Part shown: in pieces, positions 1 to 10,153 of the stretch | Layout: each line of letters opens with the position of its first letter | Numbering within the stretch: position 1 is the first letter of the stretch | Virus record (IMG/VR): IMGVR_UViG_3300006071_000014 | Span: 1 to 60,345 of that record | Length of the DNA stretch: 60,345 nt | From: a virus | Lineage: Duplodnaviria > Caudoviricetes | Direction: 5' to 3' (one strand) | Made by a program: the position numbers and the translations under genes | Notes under the pieces: model-generated | What the model was told of the DNA's origin: nothing | The model's database searches: none | The model's input: the letters and a program-made list of their open reading frames with translations, nothing else

Positions 1-239
1 CAGTTGGTATTAATGTTCCTCGTATTTTTAACCTTGTTCTTATTGAACCTGGCAAGTCATTCGTTCGTGTCATTCAGTCTATCGGTCGTGGCATTCGTAA
101 GGCAGAAGATAAAGACTTTGTTCAAATCTGGGATTTAACTGCCGATTGTAAGTTTGCCAAACGACATTTAACAAAACGCAAACAGTTTTATAAAGAAGCC
201 AATTATCCATTTACACAAGAAAAGAGTATCTATAAATGA
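1..239 (+). CDS. uvsW: UvsW-like SF2 DNA helicase, 3' end (partial)
   Basis: Frame 3 reads VGINVPRIFNLVLIEPGKSFVRVIQSIGRGIRK...IWDL...RHLTKRK; QSIGRG is helicase motif VI; TGA at 237-239 overlaps the next ATG. Confidence 0.85.
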   Translation, partial: VGINVPRIFNLVLIEPGKSFVRVIQSIGRGIRKAEDKDFVQIWDLTADCKFAKRHLTKRKQFYKEANYPFTQEKSIYK

Positions 240-973
240 GTTATAGTCATGTAGTATTCTGCGGTGATAGTTATATGCGTTGCTACATTGATTCTAATGG
301 TCATTTAGAATTGTGTAAGCAGCTTGGTGCAGAACCTGTTATGTTATATCGCAGTGGCAGTGCGCATGAATATGTTATAAATCACATCTATAATAAAATT
401 GCAAAACTTCCAAAATGTTTAATCATATGGGGATTATCATTCCCAAGTCGATTAGATGTTCCCTATAGCGATCCTATAACAAGAAAAAGTATGTGGGCTA
501 CACTAAATTATGATCATATAGTTGGTGATGATGACAAGCACAATTTTAATAAATCTCAAAAAAATGCCGAAGATGATAGATTGCTAAATTTATTTAAAGA
601 TTATCTTTATAATACGTTAAATCATAGTGCGCTGTTTATTGAAAAAAGCCTACAACAAATTGCTATGACTGCTGGTTGGTTAAAAAATAACGGACATGAT
701 TATTTGATTTGGAACCAAGCCGCTGGAGATTTTTCTCATTTTAAAGAACATAATTTTCCTGTGATGGCTGATATAGCGAGTGATAGTGGATTTTATAGAT
801 TATTTGATTTTTATATGAATCAACATACACATGATTGCGGAGTTCCTATTCGTGACATAGATTACTATAATGGTAAATGGCATTTAGCTGCACATCCATT
901 AGAGTGCGAACAATTATCAAATGTGATTAACACATTTATTTTAGATAACTTAAAAGGTAGAAATTTAATATGA
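236..973 (+). CDS. SGNH/GDSL-like hypothetical protein
   Basis: N-terminal VFCGDSY and C-terminal AHP, the SGNH layout. Confidence 0.5.
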   Translation: MSYSHVVFCGDSYMRCYIDSNGHLELCKQLGAEPVMLYRSGSAHEYVINHIYNKIAKLPKCLIIWGLSFPSRLDVPYSDPITRKSMWATLNYDHIVGDDDKHNFNKSQKNAEDDRLLNLFKDYLYNTLNHSALFIEKSLQQIAMTAGWLKNNGHDYLIWNQAAGDFSHFKEHNFPVMADIASDSGFYRLFDFYMNQHTHDCGVPIRDIDYYNGKWHLAAHPLECEQLSNVINTFILDNLKGRNLI

Positions 974-1470
974 GAATACTAACAGTAGATAACACTGTCT
1001 TTGAAATGAATAACTTGCCAGAACAGGTAGATGATTTACGATTCTGTGTATTGGATAATTCAAATCCAAGTGAAGCAGATTATTATTTCTTGCCATTGGT
1101 TTTCTTAGAAAGCTTTAATGATCCTGCACTTGTGTTAAAGATTGGCAAACACAGAATTATGATGCCATATAATTGGCGTATTCTTATTGGCGAAGCAGAG
1201 ATTGGCGATTTAGAAGCCTTACCACTTACAAAACTTAATGATCGTGGATTCCAAGCATTTACATTTAATCCAATTAGTTCATTTCGTGCAGCATTTATGA
1301 ATATTGAAATTGAAGATGTATATCAAGATGTGCGTTGGTATTTTCCTAAATTAAAAAATGGACAGCTATTATGTGTGCCATTAAGTGATGGACCAAAGCC
1401 AGTATGTGCATACTTTGTTAAAGAAATTTCTCGTGCAAGTGAGACTATTGACATCCAGAACATTATATGA
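970..1470 (+). CDS. Conserved phage hypothetical protein, possibly degenerate Hint-like beta fold
   Basis: 166-aa ORF, ATGA-coupled to the upstream gene. Confidence 0.55.
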   Translation: MRILTVDNTVFEMNNLPEQVDDLRFCVLDNSNPSEADYYFLPLVFLESFNDPALVLKIGKHRIMMPYNWRILIGEAEIGDLEALPLTKLNDRGFQAFTFNPISSFRAAFMNIEIEDVYQDVRWYFPKLKNGQLLCVPLSDGPKPVCAYFVKEISRASETIDIQNII

Positions 1471-1482
1471 TAGGATAATATT

Positions 1483-1680
1483 ATGGGAAACGCAACGACA
1501 CAGAGTAGTAGCATGAGCACATATGAAAACAACATTGGAACTGCCAGGTGGATGGCAATTCTTCGTGCAACTGAAAACAATCCTACGCTAAAAGAACTTG
1601 CTGATGAATTGCATGTGATGTATCAGTTAAGTGAAGAAATAAAGCAAGATGATGACAGCATCTCTGGTTTCACCAACTGA
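1483..1680 (+). CDS. Small hypothetical protein
   Basis: AGGA RBS upstream; fills the gap between genes. Confidence 0.55.
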   Translation: MGNATTQSSSMSTYENNIGTARWMAILRATENNPTLKELADELHVMYQLSEEIKQDDDSISGFTN

Positions 1681-1706
1681 AAAAGGTAAATGGAGAGGAG
1701 TAATCC

Positions 1707-2171
1707 TTGGTTAATAAACTTGACATTGGCTATGAGATGGCACAGCTTGATTTGCGCAATCGTGAGTTCTATGATGAATTGACGGATGAAGAACGCAAGA
1801 AGTTCTCTACCTATCTTATGTTGCGTTGGGGCAGTGCGGTAGGCGGTGAGCCTATGTTGCAGCAATATTATCTGCAAGCAATGAACGAGCGTGTTAATAA
1901 ACGGTTCTTTGATCTTGGTAAGCATCCTAAACTACAATGGTTGTTGCTGACCACTGTAAGCCCCAACATGGGCAAGCATCGTCATGAGTGGATGGCGTTT
2001 AGCGCACGTAAGTCAAAGAATAAACGTGCAGATATTATTGCAAAACTTTATCCAGAATATAAACTTGACGACTGTGAGTTAATGGCGGCAAGTATTCCTG
2101 ATGTCGAGTTTAAGGCAATGTTGGTAGAATTGGGTTGGAACGATAAAGAAATCAAGGATGCAATGAAATGA
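1707..2171 (+). CDS. Clamp loader small subunit (T4 gp62-like)
   Basis: FYDELTDEERKKFSTYLMLRWGS...MNE...HPKLQWLLL pattern; GGAG RBS, TTG start; replication context. Confidence 0.65.
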   Translation: MVNKLDIGYEMAQLDLRNREFYDELTDEERKKFSTYLMLRWGSAVGGEPMLQQYYLQAMNERVNKRFFDLGKHPKLQWLLLTTVSPNMGKHRHEWMAFSARKSKNKRADIIAKLYPEYKLDDCELMAASIPDVEFKAMLVELGWNDKEIKDAMK

Positions 2172-2383
2172 CAATTAAAGGCGCTTTTACAAATGCTGGC
2201 GATGTTGGTTATATCAACATCCAAGAAACACACGGCGGTCAAAATATTGATATTAGGTTTTCTATGGAAATGATGGAATTGGTTACGTTCTGGAAAGAAT
2301 GGGGTCCAGTGTTCAAAAGCAACAATCTAAGTGTTATAGATGCACTGAATAATGCCAAAGTATTGCATGAAATAACAAAATAA
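2168..2383 (+). CDS. Small hypothetical protein
   Basis: ATGA-coupled 71-aa ORF. Confidence 0.55.
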   Translation: MTIKGAFTNAGDVGYINIQETHGGQNIDIRFSMEMMELVTFWKEWGPVFKSNNLSVIDALNNAKVLHEITK

Positions 2384-2390
2384 ATATTGC

Positions 2391-3350
2391 ATGTTTGATA
2401 TATTTGTTGTTGTATGCAAAGATGATTTTCCTCTGCTAAAAGTTCTTGGAAGAAGCATTAATAAATTTTGCAATAAATTTCCGCTCAACCAAATTGTAAT
2501 TGTAAGCAATAATCAAAATAATAATATGTCTGATGCAATTAATAGCATGAGATTGTATTTTGGTTCATTTAATGAACGCATAAGCATACATGATTTCAGT
2601 GAAATATATGATGGTCCATGGGTAAATGGATATAATGTTCAGCAAATTTTAAAATTATATGCTTATAAATTATGTCACAGTGAAAATATAATGATTCTTG
2701 ATGCTAAGAATTTTTTTATTAATCCTGTCAGATTAGAAGAAGTAATGAATAGTGAAGGAAAATTACGAGCAGTATATGATATTGCTCCAGAATTTTGGTT
2801 AGAAAATAAAATATTCACGCACAAATTATTTGAACTTCCGCCCAATAGTCAGCAAATTATGTTGCGAACACCATTTTTTATTAAACGACAAACTCTAATA
2901 GAATGTGTAGATTACATTAAAGAAAATTTTAATCTTTTGCCACAAGATATTATTGGATACGATGCTCCAAATAAAACAAATGAGTTTATGTTAATCCAAT
3001 CTTTCATATTAAAAAAATATAGTGATTTTAAAGAATATTTCTTTTTTACAGATGATACTCCGCAGCAAGGAAATTATTGCACTGGAATATGGCCAGTAGA
3101 TGTTGAACATTGGGAAGATTTTCATTGGACTTATATTCCACATACAGAAGTTAAAATTAGAAAAAGTTTAATGCAAGCCGCATTTTTAGATTGGGTTGGT
3201 GGAATTTTTTGCAGTAGTGTGCATTATAGGTCTATTAGAATAATGTCTGAGGAACTATTATCTGAATTAAAAAATTTTTGGATTGAACTAGAACTATGTT
3301 ATGGCGATGAAGCAACTAAAATAATAAATGATGTGAAAAATCATGTTTGA
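2391..3350 (+). CDS. Glycosyltransferase-like protein (DUF6492-like), paralog 1
   Basis: GYNVQQILKL and ILDAKNFFI motifs; paralogous to the next gene. Confidence 0.55.
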   Translation: MFDIFVVVCKDDFPLLKVLGRSINKFCNKFPLNQIVIVSNNQNNNMSDAINSMRLYFGSFNERISIHDFSEIYDGPWVNGYNVQQILKLYAYKLCHSENIMILDAKNFFINPVRLEEVMNSEGKLRAVYDIAPEFWLENKIFTHKLFELPPNSQQIMLRTPFFIKRQTLIECVDYIKENFNLLPQDIIGYDAPNKTNEFMLIQSFILKKYSDFKEYFFFTDDTPQQGNYCTGIWPVDVEHWEDFHWTYIPHTEVKIRKSLMQAAFLDWVGGIFCSSVHYRSIRIMSEELLSELKNFWIELELCYGDEATKIINDVKNHV

Positions 3351-4236
3351 TTTATTCGTCGTAGCATACGAAAATGACTATCCACTATTAAAAATATTTG
3401 CCAATAGTATTGGTAAATTTTGTCAGAACTTACCAATAACAAATATTCATATTGTTAATAATTGTGATGCGCAACTACTAGTATTAAATTTTGGTATGTT
3501 TAATGATCGGATAAAATTTTACAACTATAAAGATTTATATAATGGCAGGTTGATAGATGGATATGTGCGACAACAAGTTTTGAAATTATCTGCACATCAA
3601 GTATGTACTGCTGAAAATATTATAATACTTGATTCAAAAAATTTCTTTATACGTAACATCACGAGCGCAGATTTTGTAATAGATAATAAATTTCATGCTT
3701 GCTATAGTCACACAATAACCCAAGACACGTTACCAGAATATCCTATTAAAAAATATGCATTTGATTTATTCAGTGTATCAGTTGATACTCCAACAATGTC
3801 TATTAATACACCGTTTTTAATTAAGAAACAAACTCTTGAAGAATTAGAATCAGTACTTGTGCAGAATTTTAACTTAGCACTTGATAATTTTTTTGGTAAT
3901 TTTGTGCCAGCAAGTACAAATGAATTTTATTTAATGCAAGCATATATTATATCAAAATATGGTAGTTTAGAAGAATATTATTATTTCACTAATCCTTTTA
4001 GCACTGGTTTATGGGATTCAAACCTACATTTTCTTGATGACAGTATGACATTGAAAGATTTCTTAAATGTTACCTATACTAATAAGTTTGATATAATGGT
4101 ATCAGCAATTCATTACAGAAGTATTAAAGAAATGAATGATTCAGTTAAACAGCAACTTATAAATTATTGGACAGAACTTGATATCATTTCTCGTGATGAG
4201 GCATCTCAGATTATTAATGATATTGTAAATGAATAA
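3343..4236 (+). CDS. Glycosyltransferase-like protein (DUF6492-like), paralog 2
   Basis: GYVRQQVLKL, ILDSKNFFI, TNEF and HYRSI shared with the previous gene. Confidence 0.55.
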   Translation: MFDLFVVAYENDYPLLKIFANSIGKFCQNLPITNIHIVNNCDAQLLVLNFGMFNDRIKFYNYKDLYNGRLIDGYVRQQVLKLSAHQVCTAENIIILDSKNFFIRNITSADFVIDNKFHACYSHTITQDTLPEYPIKKYAFDLFSVSVDTPTMSINTPFLIKKQTLEELESVLVQNFNLALDNFFGNFVPASTNEFYLMQAYIISKYGSLEEYYYFTNPFSTGLWDSNLHFLDDSMTLKDFLNVTYTNKFDIMVSAIHYRSIKEMNDSVKQQLINYWTELDIISRDEASQIINDIVNE

Positions 4237-4257
4237 CTGGTGTGCTATAGTATGGTC

Positions 4258-4983
4258 ATGAGTGAATTGCAAAAGATTGCAGAAGAAGCAAGGCGTGATA
4301 TGAAACCAGGCGAGCACAAATGCAAATATTGTGGTCAAGGGTTTGTGCGCGAAAGCACATTGGCAGTTCATCAATGTGAGCCAAAGCGTCGTGACTTGCA
4401 GCAAGGTGAGAAGGGCGTTATTATTGGTTTCAAAACTTGGTTGCGGTTTTATGAACTTACGCAAGGCTCTGCTAAGTTAAAGACTTATGCAGACTTTTGT
4501 AATAACAACTTTTACAATGCATTTGTAAAGTTTGGGCGACACTGTGTAGCAATTAGTGCAATCAATGTTAATCAGTTTATGGATTATGTGTTAAAGAAAC
4601 AAATCAAGATTGATAACTGGTGCAAGGATAAGGTATATGAAGAATATCTATATGGATTGTTGCGCAGTGAAAGTTCAAGTGATGCACTAGAACGTTCAAT
4701 CATAACCATGCAAGAATGGAGTGAAGAAACTGGTAATGATATTACTACATACTTTACTGAGGTAAGTTCTAATCGTTTTGTGCAACATGTTTTAAATGGT
4801 CGTGTTAGTTGTTGGGCAATCTATTGCTGTGATAATGGTATTGCTAAATTTGAAACGCTAAGTGAAGAACAAGTTACACTGCTAATGCCATGGATTGATC
4901 CTGAGTTTTGGCAACGTAAGTTGCATGATTATACTGCTGATGCAGAATTAACCAAGCATATATTGGCGCAAGCAAATTTCTAA
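4258..4983 (+). CDS. Zinc-finger phage protein
   Basis: CKYCGQGF...LAVHQC; likely leaderless start at ATG 4258. Confidence 0.6.
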   Translation: MSELQKIAEEARRDMKPGEHKCKYCGQGFVRESTLAVHQCEPKRRDLQQGEKGVIIGFKTWLRFYELTQGSAKLKTYADFCNNNFYNAFVKFGRHCVAISAINVNQFMDYVLKKQIKIDNWCKDKVYEEYLYGLLRSESSSDALERSIITMQEWSEETGNDITTYFTEVSSNRFVQHVLNGRVSCWAIYCCDNGIAKFETLSEEQVTLLMPWIDPEFWQRKLHDYTADAELTKHILAQANF

Positions 4984-5243
4984 TGACTAAAGAAAAGCAA
5001 AGATTTGTTGTTCCTTCTCCAATACCTGGCATTAATGGCAGCGAAGGACTTAGCATGTTAGTTATTTCTGATGTTAAGTTTTGGCAAGCAAATGAAAATG
5101 AAATTCGAGCATGGGTAAATGCTAATTTAAAAGAAGTATCGCCTGCATGGGAAAAGTGGGGAAATAAAAGTTGGCAAACTGGTATGGTATTGGTATTTGC
5201 TGATGAAGAAGACCGAATGTTATTCTTGATGAGATGGGCATAA
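4983..5243 (+). CDS. Small hypothetical protein
   Basis: TAATG-coupled; C-terminal FADEEDRMLFLMRWA. Confidence 0.6.
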   Translation: MTKEKQRFVVPSPIPGINGSEGLSMLVISDVKFWQANENEIRAWVNANLKEVSPAWEKWGNKSWQTGMVLVFADEEDRMLFLMRWA

Positions 5244-5804
5244 ATGGATATTGACATAGACTTTGGAAACCGTGAGGATATCTTGAAACTTATCAAGCAT
5301 ATTCCTGCGAGCATTACTCGTGATGGTGTTGTTGTCAAGCACAACACTGGAGTCTATGTCAATCCCGTTCCTTATAATCCGATAACAGGATTATCTAATA
5401 TTGATTATAATGAAGCCGAAGAACTTGGCTATATGAAATTAGATATGTTGAATGTGCATATCTATAATTTAGTCAAGAGCAATGAGCATCTTGATGAGTT
5501 AGTAGCAAAAGAACCTGATTGGAATTTGCTTAAAGATAAAGAGTTTGTTGATAAGTTGATGCATCTCAACAATCATTTTGATACAGTGCAAAAGCATTTT
5601 CCCGATACGCTAGAGAAACTAGCAATGGTATTGGCATTGATTCGCCCAAGTAAGCGATATCTTATTGGCAAACGATGGAAGGAAATTGCAGAAGAAATTT
5701 GGATTAAACCGCATGAAGGATATTACTTCAAGAAAGCACATGCGGTGTCATATGCCCAATTAGTAATGGTACATATGAATCTATTAGGAGAGACGCTTAA
5801 CTAA
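5244..5804 (+). CDS. Miniature DNA polymerase III alpha (DnaE)-like catalytic core
   Basis: DIDIDF, KHNTGVY, GYMKLDML, ALIRP and YFKKAHAVSY match family C polymerase motifs in 186 aa. Confidence 0.75.
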   Translation: MDIDIDFGNREDILKLIKHIPASITRDGVVVKHNTGVYVNPVPYNPITGLSNIDYNEAEELGYMKLDMLNVHIYNLVKSNEHLDELVAKEPDWNLLKDKEFVDKLMHLNNHFDTVQKHFPDTLEKLAMVLALIRPSKRYLIGKRWKEIAEEIWIKPHEGYYFKKAHAVSYAQLVMVHMNLLGETLN

Positions 5805-6155
5805 CTGCAATACACGGCGTTTTGTGCGACGTTCTGCAAGTTTAGCAATTGAAACAATATGACCTTGTTGTTCAACTATGTCTTTGCACGTTAGCGTTAC
5901 TGTGCTGTAACGGTATGGATTCCATGTTTCTTTTAAAAATATGTTGATTGGTATAAGACGATTGCTTTCCCACCACCATATTTCTGCTGCTTCTAGAAAC
6001 CCAAGTTTATCTTTTTCAGTTCGAAGTTTATTAAATGCATAGATTGAAACTATATCAGTATCATGATTTTGTATAATACCTATGTAGTCACTATGCGTGT
6101 ATTTTATATAACTTAGGAAAGGATATTTTTCAAGCATTTGTTCAATTGAAATCAT
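5784..6155 (-). CDS. Conserved phage hypothetical protein
   Basis: 123-aa ORF (WWWESNRLIPINIFLK) divergent from 6181. Confidence 0.65.
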   Translation of the reverse strand: MISIEQMLEKYPFLSYIKYTHSDYIGIIQNHDTDIVSIYAFNKLRTEKDKLGFLEAAEIWWWESNRLIPINIFLKETWNPYRYSTVTLTCKDIVEQQGHIVSIAKLAERRTKRRVLQLVKRLS

Positions 6156-6180
6156 AATAAATATTGTAGGAGTCCATTCT

Positions 6181-6969
6181 GTGCAGCCAATTATAGGTTA
6201 TTTATATACGCAAATTATTGATATTGTAAAGAACAGTGATTTCACACCTCACACGGAGAATCAGTTAGTGTATGCAAAACCATTACAAATCTACAAAGGC
6301 GTAGATAATAGATTTCAGTTTTTGATTAAAAACCAAGATCAGAAACCTGTTAGCCTACTTGACAGTTCGGTTTTATTTAACCTAATTGATCCGACAACAA
6401 AAGAATTAGTTTTTAGTAGAGTGCTGCAGATGGTTTATACCGATACTGGCACCGCTACTACATTGGTTGAAGGAACATTGCTAAATGATATTTCGGCAGG
6501 ATTATATAATTATAGTATAGTAATTACTAGTCCAGAAGGCGAACAACAAATTGCATTCAGTGATGATAATTATAATGCACAAGGTCAAGCAAGATTACTT
6601 GACAGCGTATATCCTGCATTTGTTCCAAGTGCCAATCTTTCTATTCCTGTTTATACAAATGATGTTAGTACTAACTATACTAATGTTGCCTATACAAGTA
6701 CAACCGTTACAGCAGATCGTGTAAAATCACGTGCTGTTTATCAAACAGTTCAATATAATACAAATAGCTTTACTGGCAATATTGATATTCAAGCAAGCCA
6801 AGATTCAATAAGTGTTAGTAATGCAAACAATTGGGTAACTGTAAATACGGCTGTATTCAGTAATTCAACTGGCAATCGATATTATAATTTTCAAGGTAAG
6901 TTTGGCGCTGTTCGTTTTAAGGTTACACAAACTAGTGGCACGGTAAATTATATCGCATATCGTCCTTGA
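6181..6969 (+). CDS. Probable virion structural protein
   Basis: Beta-rich, S/T/N-rich; TAAATA and AGGAG upstream; GTG start. Confidence 0.55.
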   Translation: MQPIIGYLYTQIIDIVKNSDFTPHTENQLVYAKPLQIYKGVDNRFQFLIKNQDQKPVSLLDSSVLFNLIDPTTKELVFSRVLQMVYTDTGTATTLVEGTLLNDISAGLYNYSIVITSPEGEQQIAFSDDNYNAQGQARLLDSVYPAFVPSANLSIPVYTNDVSTNYTNVAYTSTTVTADRVKSRAVYQTVQYNTNSFTGNIDIQASQDSISVSNANNWVTVNTAVFSNSTGNRYYNFQGKFGAVRFKVTQTSGTVNYIAYRP

Positions 6970-6993
6970 CTTTTGTTATAAATCTGTTATATT
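6966..6993 (+). promoter_or_regulatory. Sigma70-type promoter, leaderless primase transcript
   Basis: TTGACT-N16-TATATT, then 6 nt to ATG 7000. Confidence 0.55.
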
Positions 6994-6999
6994 AATGTT

Positions 7000-7998
7000 A
7001 TGGAAATTACTGACCAAATCATGCAGCATCTGCCATGGAAGCGCAAATCCACGCCTAGCGGTTGGATAAGTTTCAATGCTGTTTGCTGCCATAATAATGG
7101 TCATGCAGTAGATACTCGTGGGCGTGGTGGTATTATGCCATCACCAGAGGGTGGTATCACTGCACACTGTTTTAACTGTCATTATACTGCCTCTTGGCAA
7201 CCTGGTAATCGTTTATCATATAAGATGCGTCGTTGGATGTCATGGCTTGGCATGGGCGATGATACTATTTCTCGTCTTAGTTTATTTGCATTGGCACAAT
7301 CTACACCTGATGCTCCAAAGGTTGAACCTCGTGAGTTGCCAACTTATGAACCTCGTGACCCATGTCCCGGTCGTCCTGTTACTAGTTGGCTTAATGATGG
7401 ATATATCAATGAAGACGATTATAATTCTCTTGAAGCTGCTATTCATTATCTTGATGCTAGAGGGTTTGGTGATAAGTTGTCTGAGTTTTATTGGACCGAT
7501 GACGCATCATTGAGAAACCGTGTGCTTGTTCCATTTACTTGGAAAAAGAGACCAATGGGTTTTAGTGGTCGGCTGTTTGAGGATGGCAAGAAGAAGATAA
7601 AATACTTCTCTAACTATCCAAGCAATATGATATGGGGATATGATAAACAGCCTAAAGATGCAAAGTTTTGTATTGTTGTAGAAGGATTGTTAGACGCCGT
7701 TGCCATTGGTGCGCTTGCAATTTGTTCAAATGAAATCAATGATGGTCAGGCTCAAGTTATTGAAACACTTGACCGTGATATCATTGTTGTCCCTGACCGT
7801 GACAAGGCTGGTGGAGCAATGGTAGAGGCTGCGCTAAAGTATGGTTGGGGCGTAGCATTTCCTGATTGGGAAATGGGTATTAAAGATACGGCAGATGCTG
7901 TTGCAAAATACGGCACATTGTTCACGATGCGCAGTATTTTAGATAGTGTGCAAACTAACAAACTTAAAATTCAATTGGTATCTAAGAAATGGTTTTAA
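7000..7998 (+). CDS. DNA primase (T4 gp61-like)
   Basis: Zn-binding CC..H/CFNC; TOPRIM VVEGLLDA and VPDRDKAG; KD motif. Confidence 0.85.
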   Translation: MEITDQIMQHLPWKRKSTPSGWISFNAVCCHNNGHAVDTRGRGGIMPSPEGGITAHCFNCHYTASWQPGNRLSYKMRRWMSWLGMGDDTISRLSLFALAQSTPDAPKVEPRELPTYEPRDPCPGRPVTSWLNDGYINEDDYNSLEAAIHYLDARGFGDKLSEFYWTDDASLRNRVLVPFTWKKRPMGFSGRLFEDGKKKIKYFSNYPSNMIWGYDKQPKDAKFCIVVEGLLDAVAIGALAICSNEINDGQAQVIETLDRDIIVVPDRDKAGGAMVEAALKYGWGVAFPDWEMGIKDTADAVAKYGTLFTMRSILDSVQTNKLKIQLVSKKWF

Positions 7999-8726
7999 AA
8001 ATAGCAACATTTGGATGTTCTTGTACGTTTGGCGATGAATTTCCAGATGCATCGCTGTACAACATTGTTCAACCAAGCAATCATACTTGGACAAATCATT
8101 TATATAAAGATGCTACCATATTTAATTACGGAATATCTGGAGCAGGTTGTGGTCAAATAATGACTAAAATTTTGTCTTCTGATTTAACAGACATTGATTT
8201 AGTTGTTGTTATGTGGTCATTTTTAGAAAGAATAACTTTTTATAAAAATAATTTTCCTGTAAATTTTTCTCCAAGTGGTATTAATCTTTATGATCAAGAT
8301 TTTAAAATATACAAACTAGTTTCACAAAAATTCAAAGACAAATCAAAATTAAAAAATTTACAAAATGTCTATGAAACTTTAGTATTTGAGAAAAAGATAT
8401 TGTTTAATGAATATTTTAAAAATATATTATTGACTCAACAATACTTAAAATTAATGAACAAAAAGTTTTATTTTACAAGCACGATTGATTATTTTTCAGA
8501 ATATGAAACTATTAGAAAAAATATTAACAGTATTAACAGTGATACGGATATCTTCTATTCTAAAATTGACAAAAATAAATTTTTTCTACCAGAAAATTTA
8601 GGATTTAATCAATGGGCAAGCAAGCATAACTATGAAAAATTTGAAAAAGGACATTATGCAGAAATGGCACACATAGATTTTGCATCTTTATTTAAATTGT
8701 GGATCAACAATAATAGTGACAATTGA
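7989..8726 (+). CDS. SGNH-like hypothetical protein
   Basis: FGCSCTFG, NYGISGAG, VVMWS, C-terminal GHY...AH; very AT-rich. Confidence 0.5.
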   Translation: MVLKIATFGCSCTFGDEFPDASLYNIVQPSNHTWTNHLYKDATIFNYGISGAGCGQIMTKILSSDLTDIDLVVVMWSFLERITFYKNNFPVNFSPSGINLYDQDFKIYKLVSQKFKDKSKLKNLQNVYETLVFEKKILFNEYFKNILLTQQYLKLMNKKFYFTSTIDYFSEYETIRKNINSINSDTDIFYSKIDKNKFFLPENLGFNQWASKHNYEKFEKGHYAEMAHIDFASLFKLWINNNSDN

Positions 8727-8750
8727 TTAAATTAAAGATATAATTACCTA

Positions 8751-10145
8751 ATGGCAAAAACATATGATAGCGCAATACAGAAGTTATTCGTTGAAATGAT
8801 GTTAAGTGACCCGCAAAGTTATGTGCGTGTCCAAAACATCTTTAACCCAAATAATTTTGACCGTAGTTTAAAAGGTGCAGCAGAGTTCATCAAGGAACAC
8901 TGTGAAAAGCATACTGTTATGCCTATTGTTGAGCAGATTAATGCTGCTACCAATAACACCTTTGCCCAAGTTCCTGGTATGACTGATGATCATACCTCTT
9001 GGTTTTTGGAAGAGTTTGAAGACTTTACTAAGCAGAAAGAACTTGAACGAGCCATTCTTGCCGCCGCAGATTTGCTAGAGAAAGGTGATTTTGGTCCAGT
9101 TGAAAAACTTATTAAAGACGCTGTTCAAATCAGTCTAACCAAAGACCTTGGTACCGATTACTTTGCTGATCCTAAAGCACGTTTGATGAAAATCAAAGAT
9201 AACAATGGTCAGGTTTCGACGGGGTGGAATGCACTTGATCAGAAATTATTTGGTGGGTTCAACAAGGGAGAACTTAACATCTTTGCTGGCGGTTCAGGTA
9301 GCGGTAAGTCACTGTTCATGCAGAACATTGCAGTTAATTGGATGCAACTTGGTCTCAATGGTGTATATGTTACGCTTGAATTGAGCGAAGAACTTACCTC
9401 TATGCGTATCGATAGTATGGTAACCAATATTGCCAGCAAGGATATCTTCAAAGACATTGATAATGTTGATATGAAGGTTGTCATGATGGGCAAGAAGAGT
9501 GGTAGATTACAGATTAAGTATCTACCAGCCCAAAGCAATATCAACGATGTTCGTTCTTATGTAAAGGAACTTCAAATTCGTACTGGTCGTAAGGTTGATT
9601 TTATTATGATCGATTATCTTGACTTGCTCATGCCTGTTAGTGCCAAGGTTAGTCCAAGTGATTTGTTCGTTAAGGACAAATATGTCTCCGAAGAAATTCG
9701 TAACTTTGCCAAGGAAATGCAAATTTTATTGGTCACCGCATCACAGTTGAATCGTGCGAGTGTTGAAGAAGTAGAGTTTGACCATAGTCACATTAGTGGT
9801 GGTATTTCTAAGATTAACACTGCTGATAATCTATTTGGTATCTTTACCTCTCGCAGTATGCGTGAGCATGGCAAATATCAGTTACAGATTATGAAAACTC
9901 GTTCATCTAGTGGTGTTGGGCAAAAGGTTGAACTTGAGTTTGATGTTGATAGTTTGCGTATCCGTGACTTGCCAGATGATGGTGAAGGCATGACATTTAA
10001 GAAGCCAGTTAGCAGTATATTTGACGGTGTAAAAAATAAGAGTACTGTGATACCAGCAGCAGAGCCAGAAGAACGTGGCAAAATAGTTTCAGATGTCAAT
10101 AGTACTAAGTTAAAACAAATGTTAGCTAACATAAAGAAAACTTAA
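8751..10145 (+). CDS. Replicative DNA helicase (T4 gp41/DnaB-like)
   Basis: Walker A GGSGSGKS, IMIDYLDL, TASQLNR, KTRSS. Confidence 0.92.
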   Translation: MAKTYDSAIQKLFVEMMLSDPQSYVRVQNIFNPNNFDRSLKGAAEFIKEHCEKHTVMPIVEQINAATNNTFAQVPGMTDDHTSWFLEEFEDFTKQKELERAILAAADLLEKGDFGPVEKLIKDAVQISLTKDLGTDYFADPKARLMKIKDNNGQVSTGWNALDQKLFGGFNKGELNIFAGGSGSGKSLFMQNIAVNWMQLGLNGVYVTLELSEELTSMRIDSMVTNIASKDIFKDIDNVDMKVVMMGKKSGRLQIKYLPAQSNINDVRSYVKELQIRTGRKVDFIMIDYLDLLMPVSAKVSPSDLFVKDKYVSEEIRNFAKEMQILLVTASQLNRASVEEVEFDHSHISGGISKINTADNLFGIFTSRSMREHGKYQLQIMKTRSSSGVGQKVELEFDVDSLRIRDLPDDGEGMTFKKPVSSIFDGVKNKSTVIPAAEPEERGKIVSDVNSTKLKQMLANIKKT

Positions 10146-10153
10146 ATACTATC

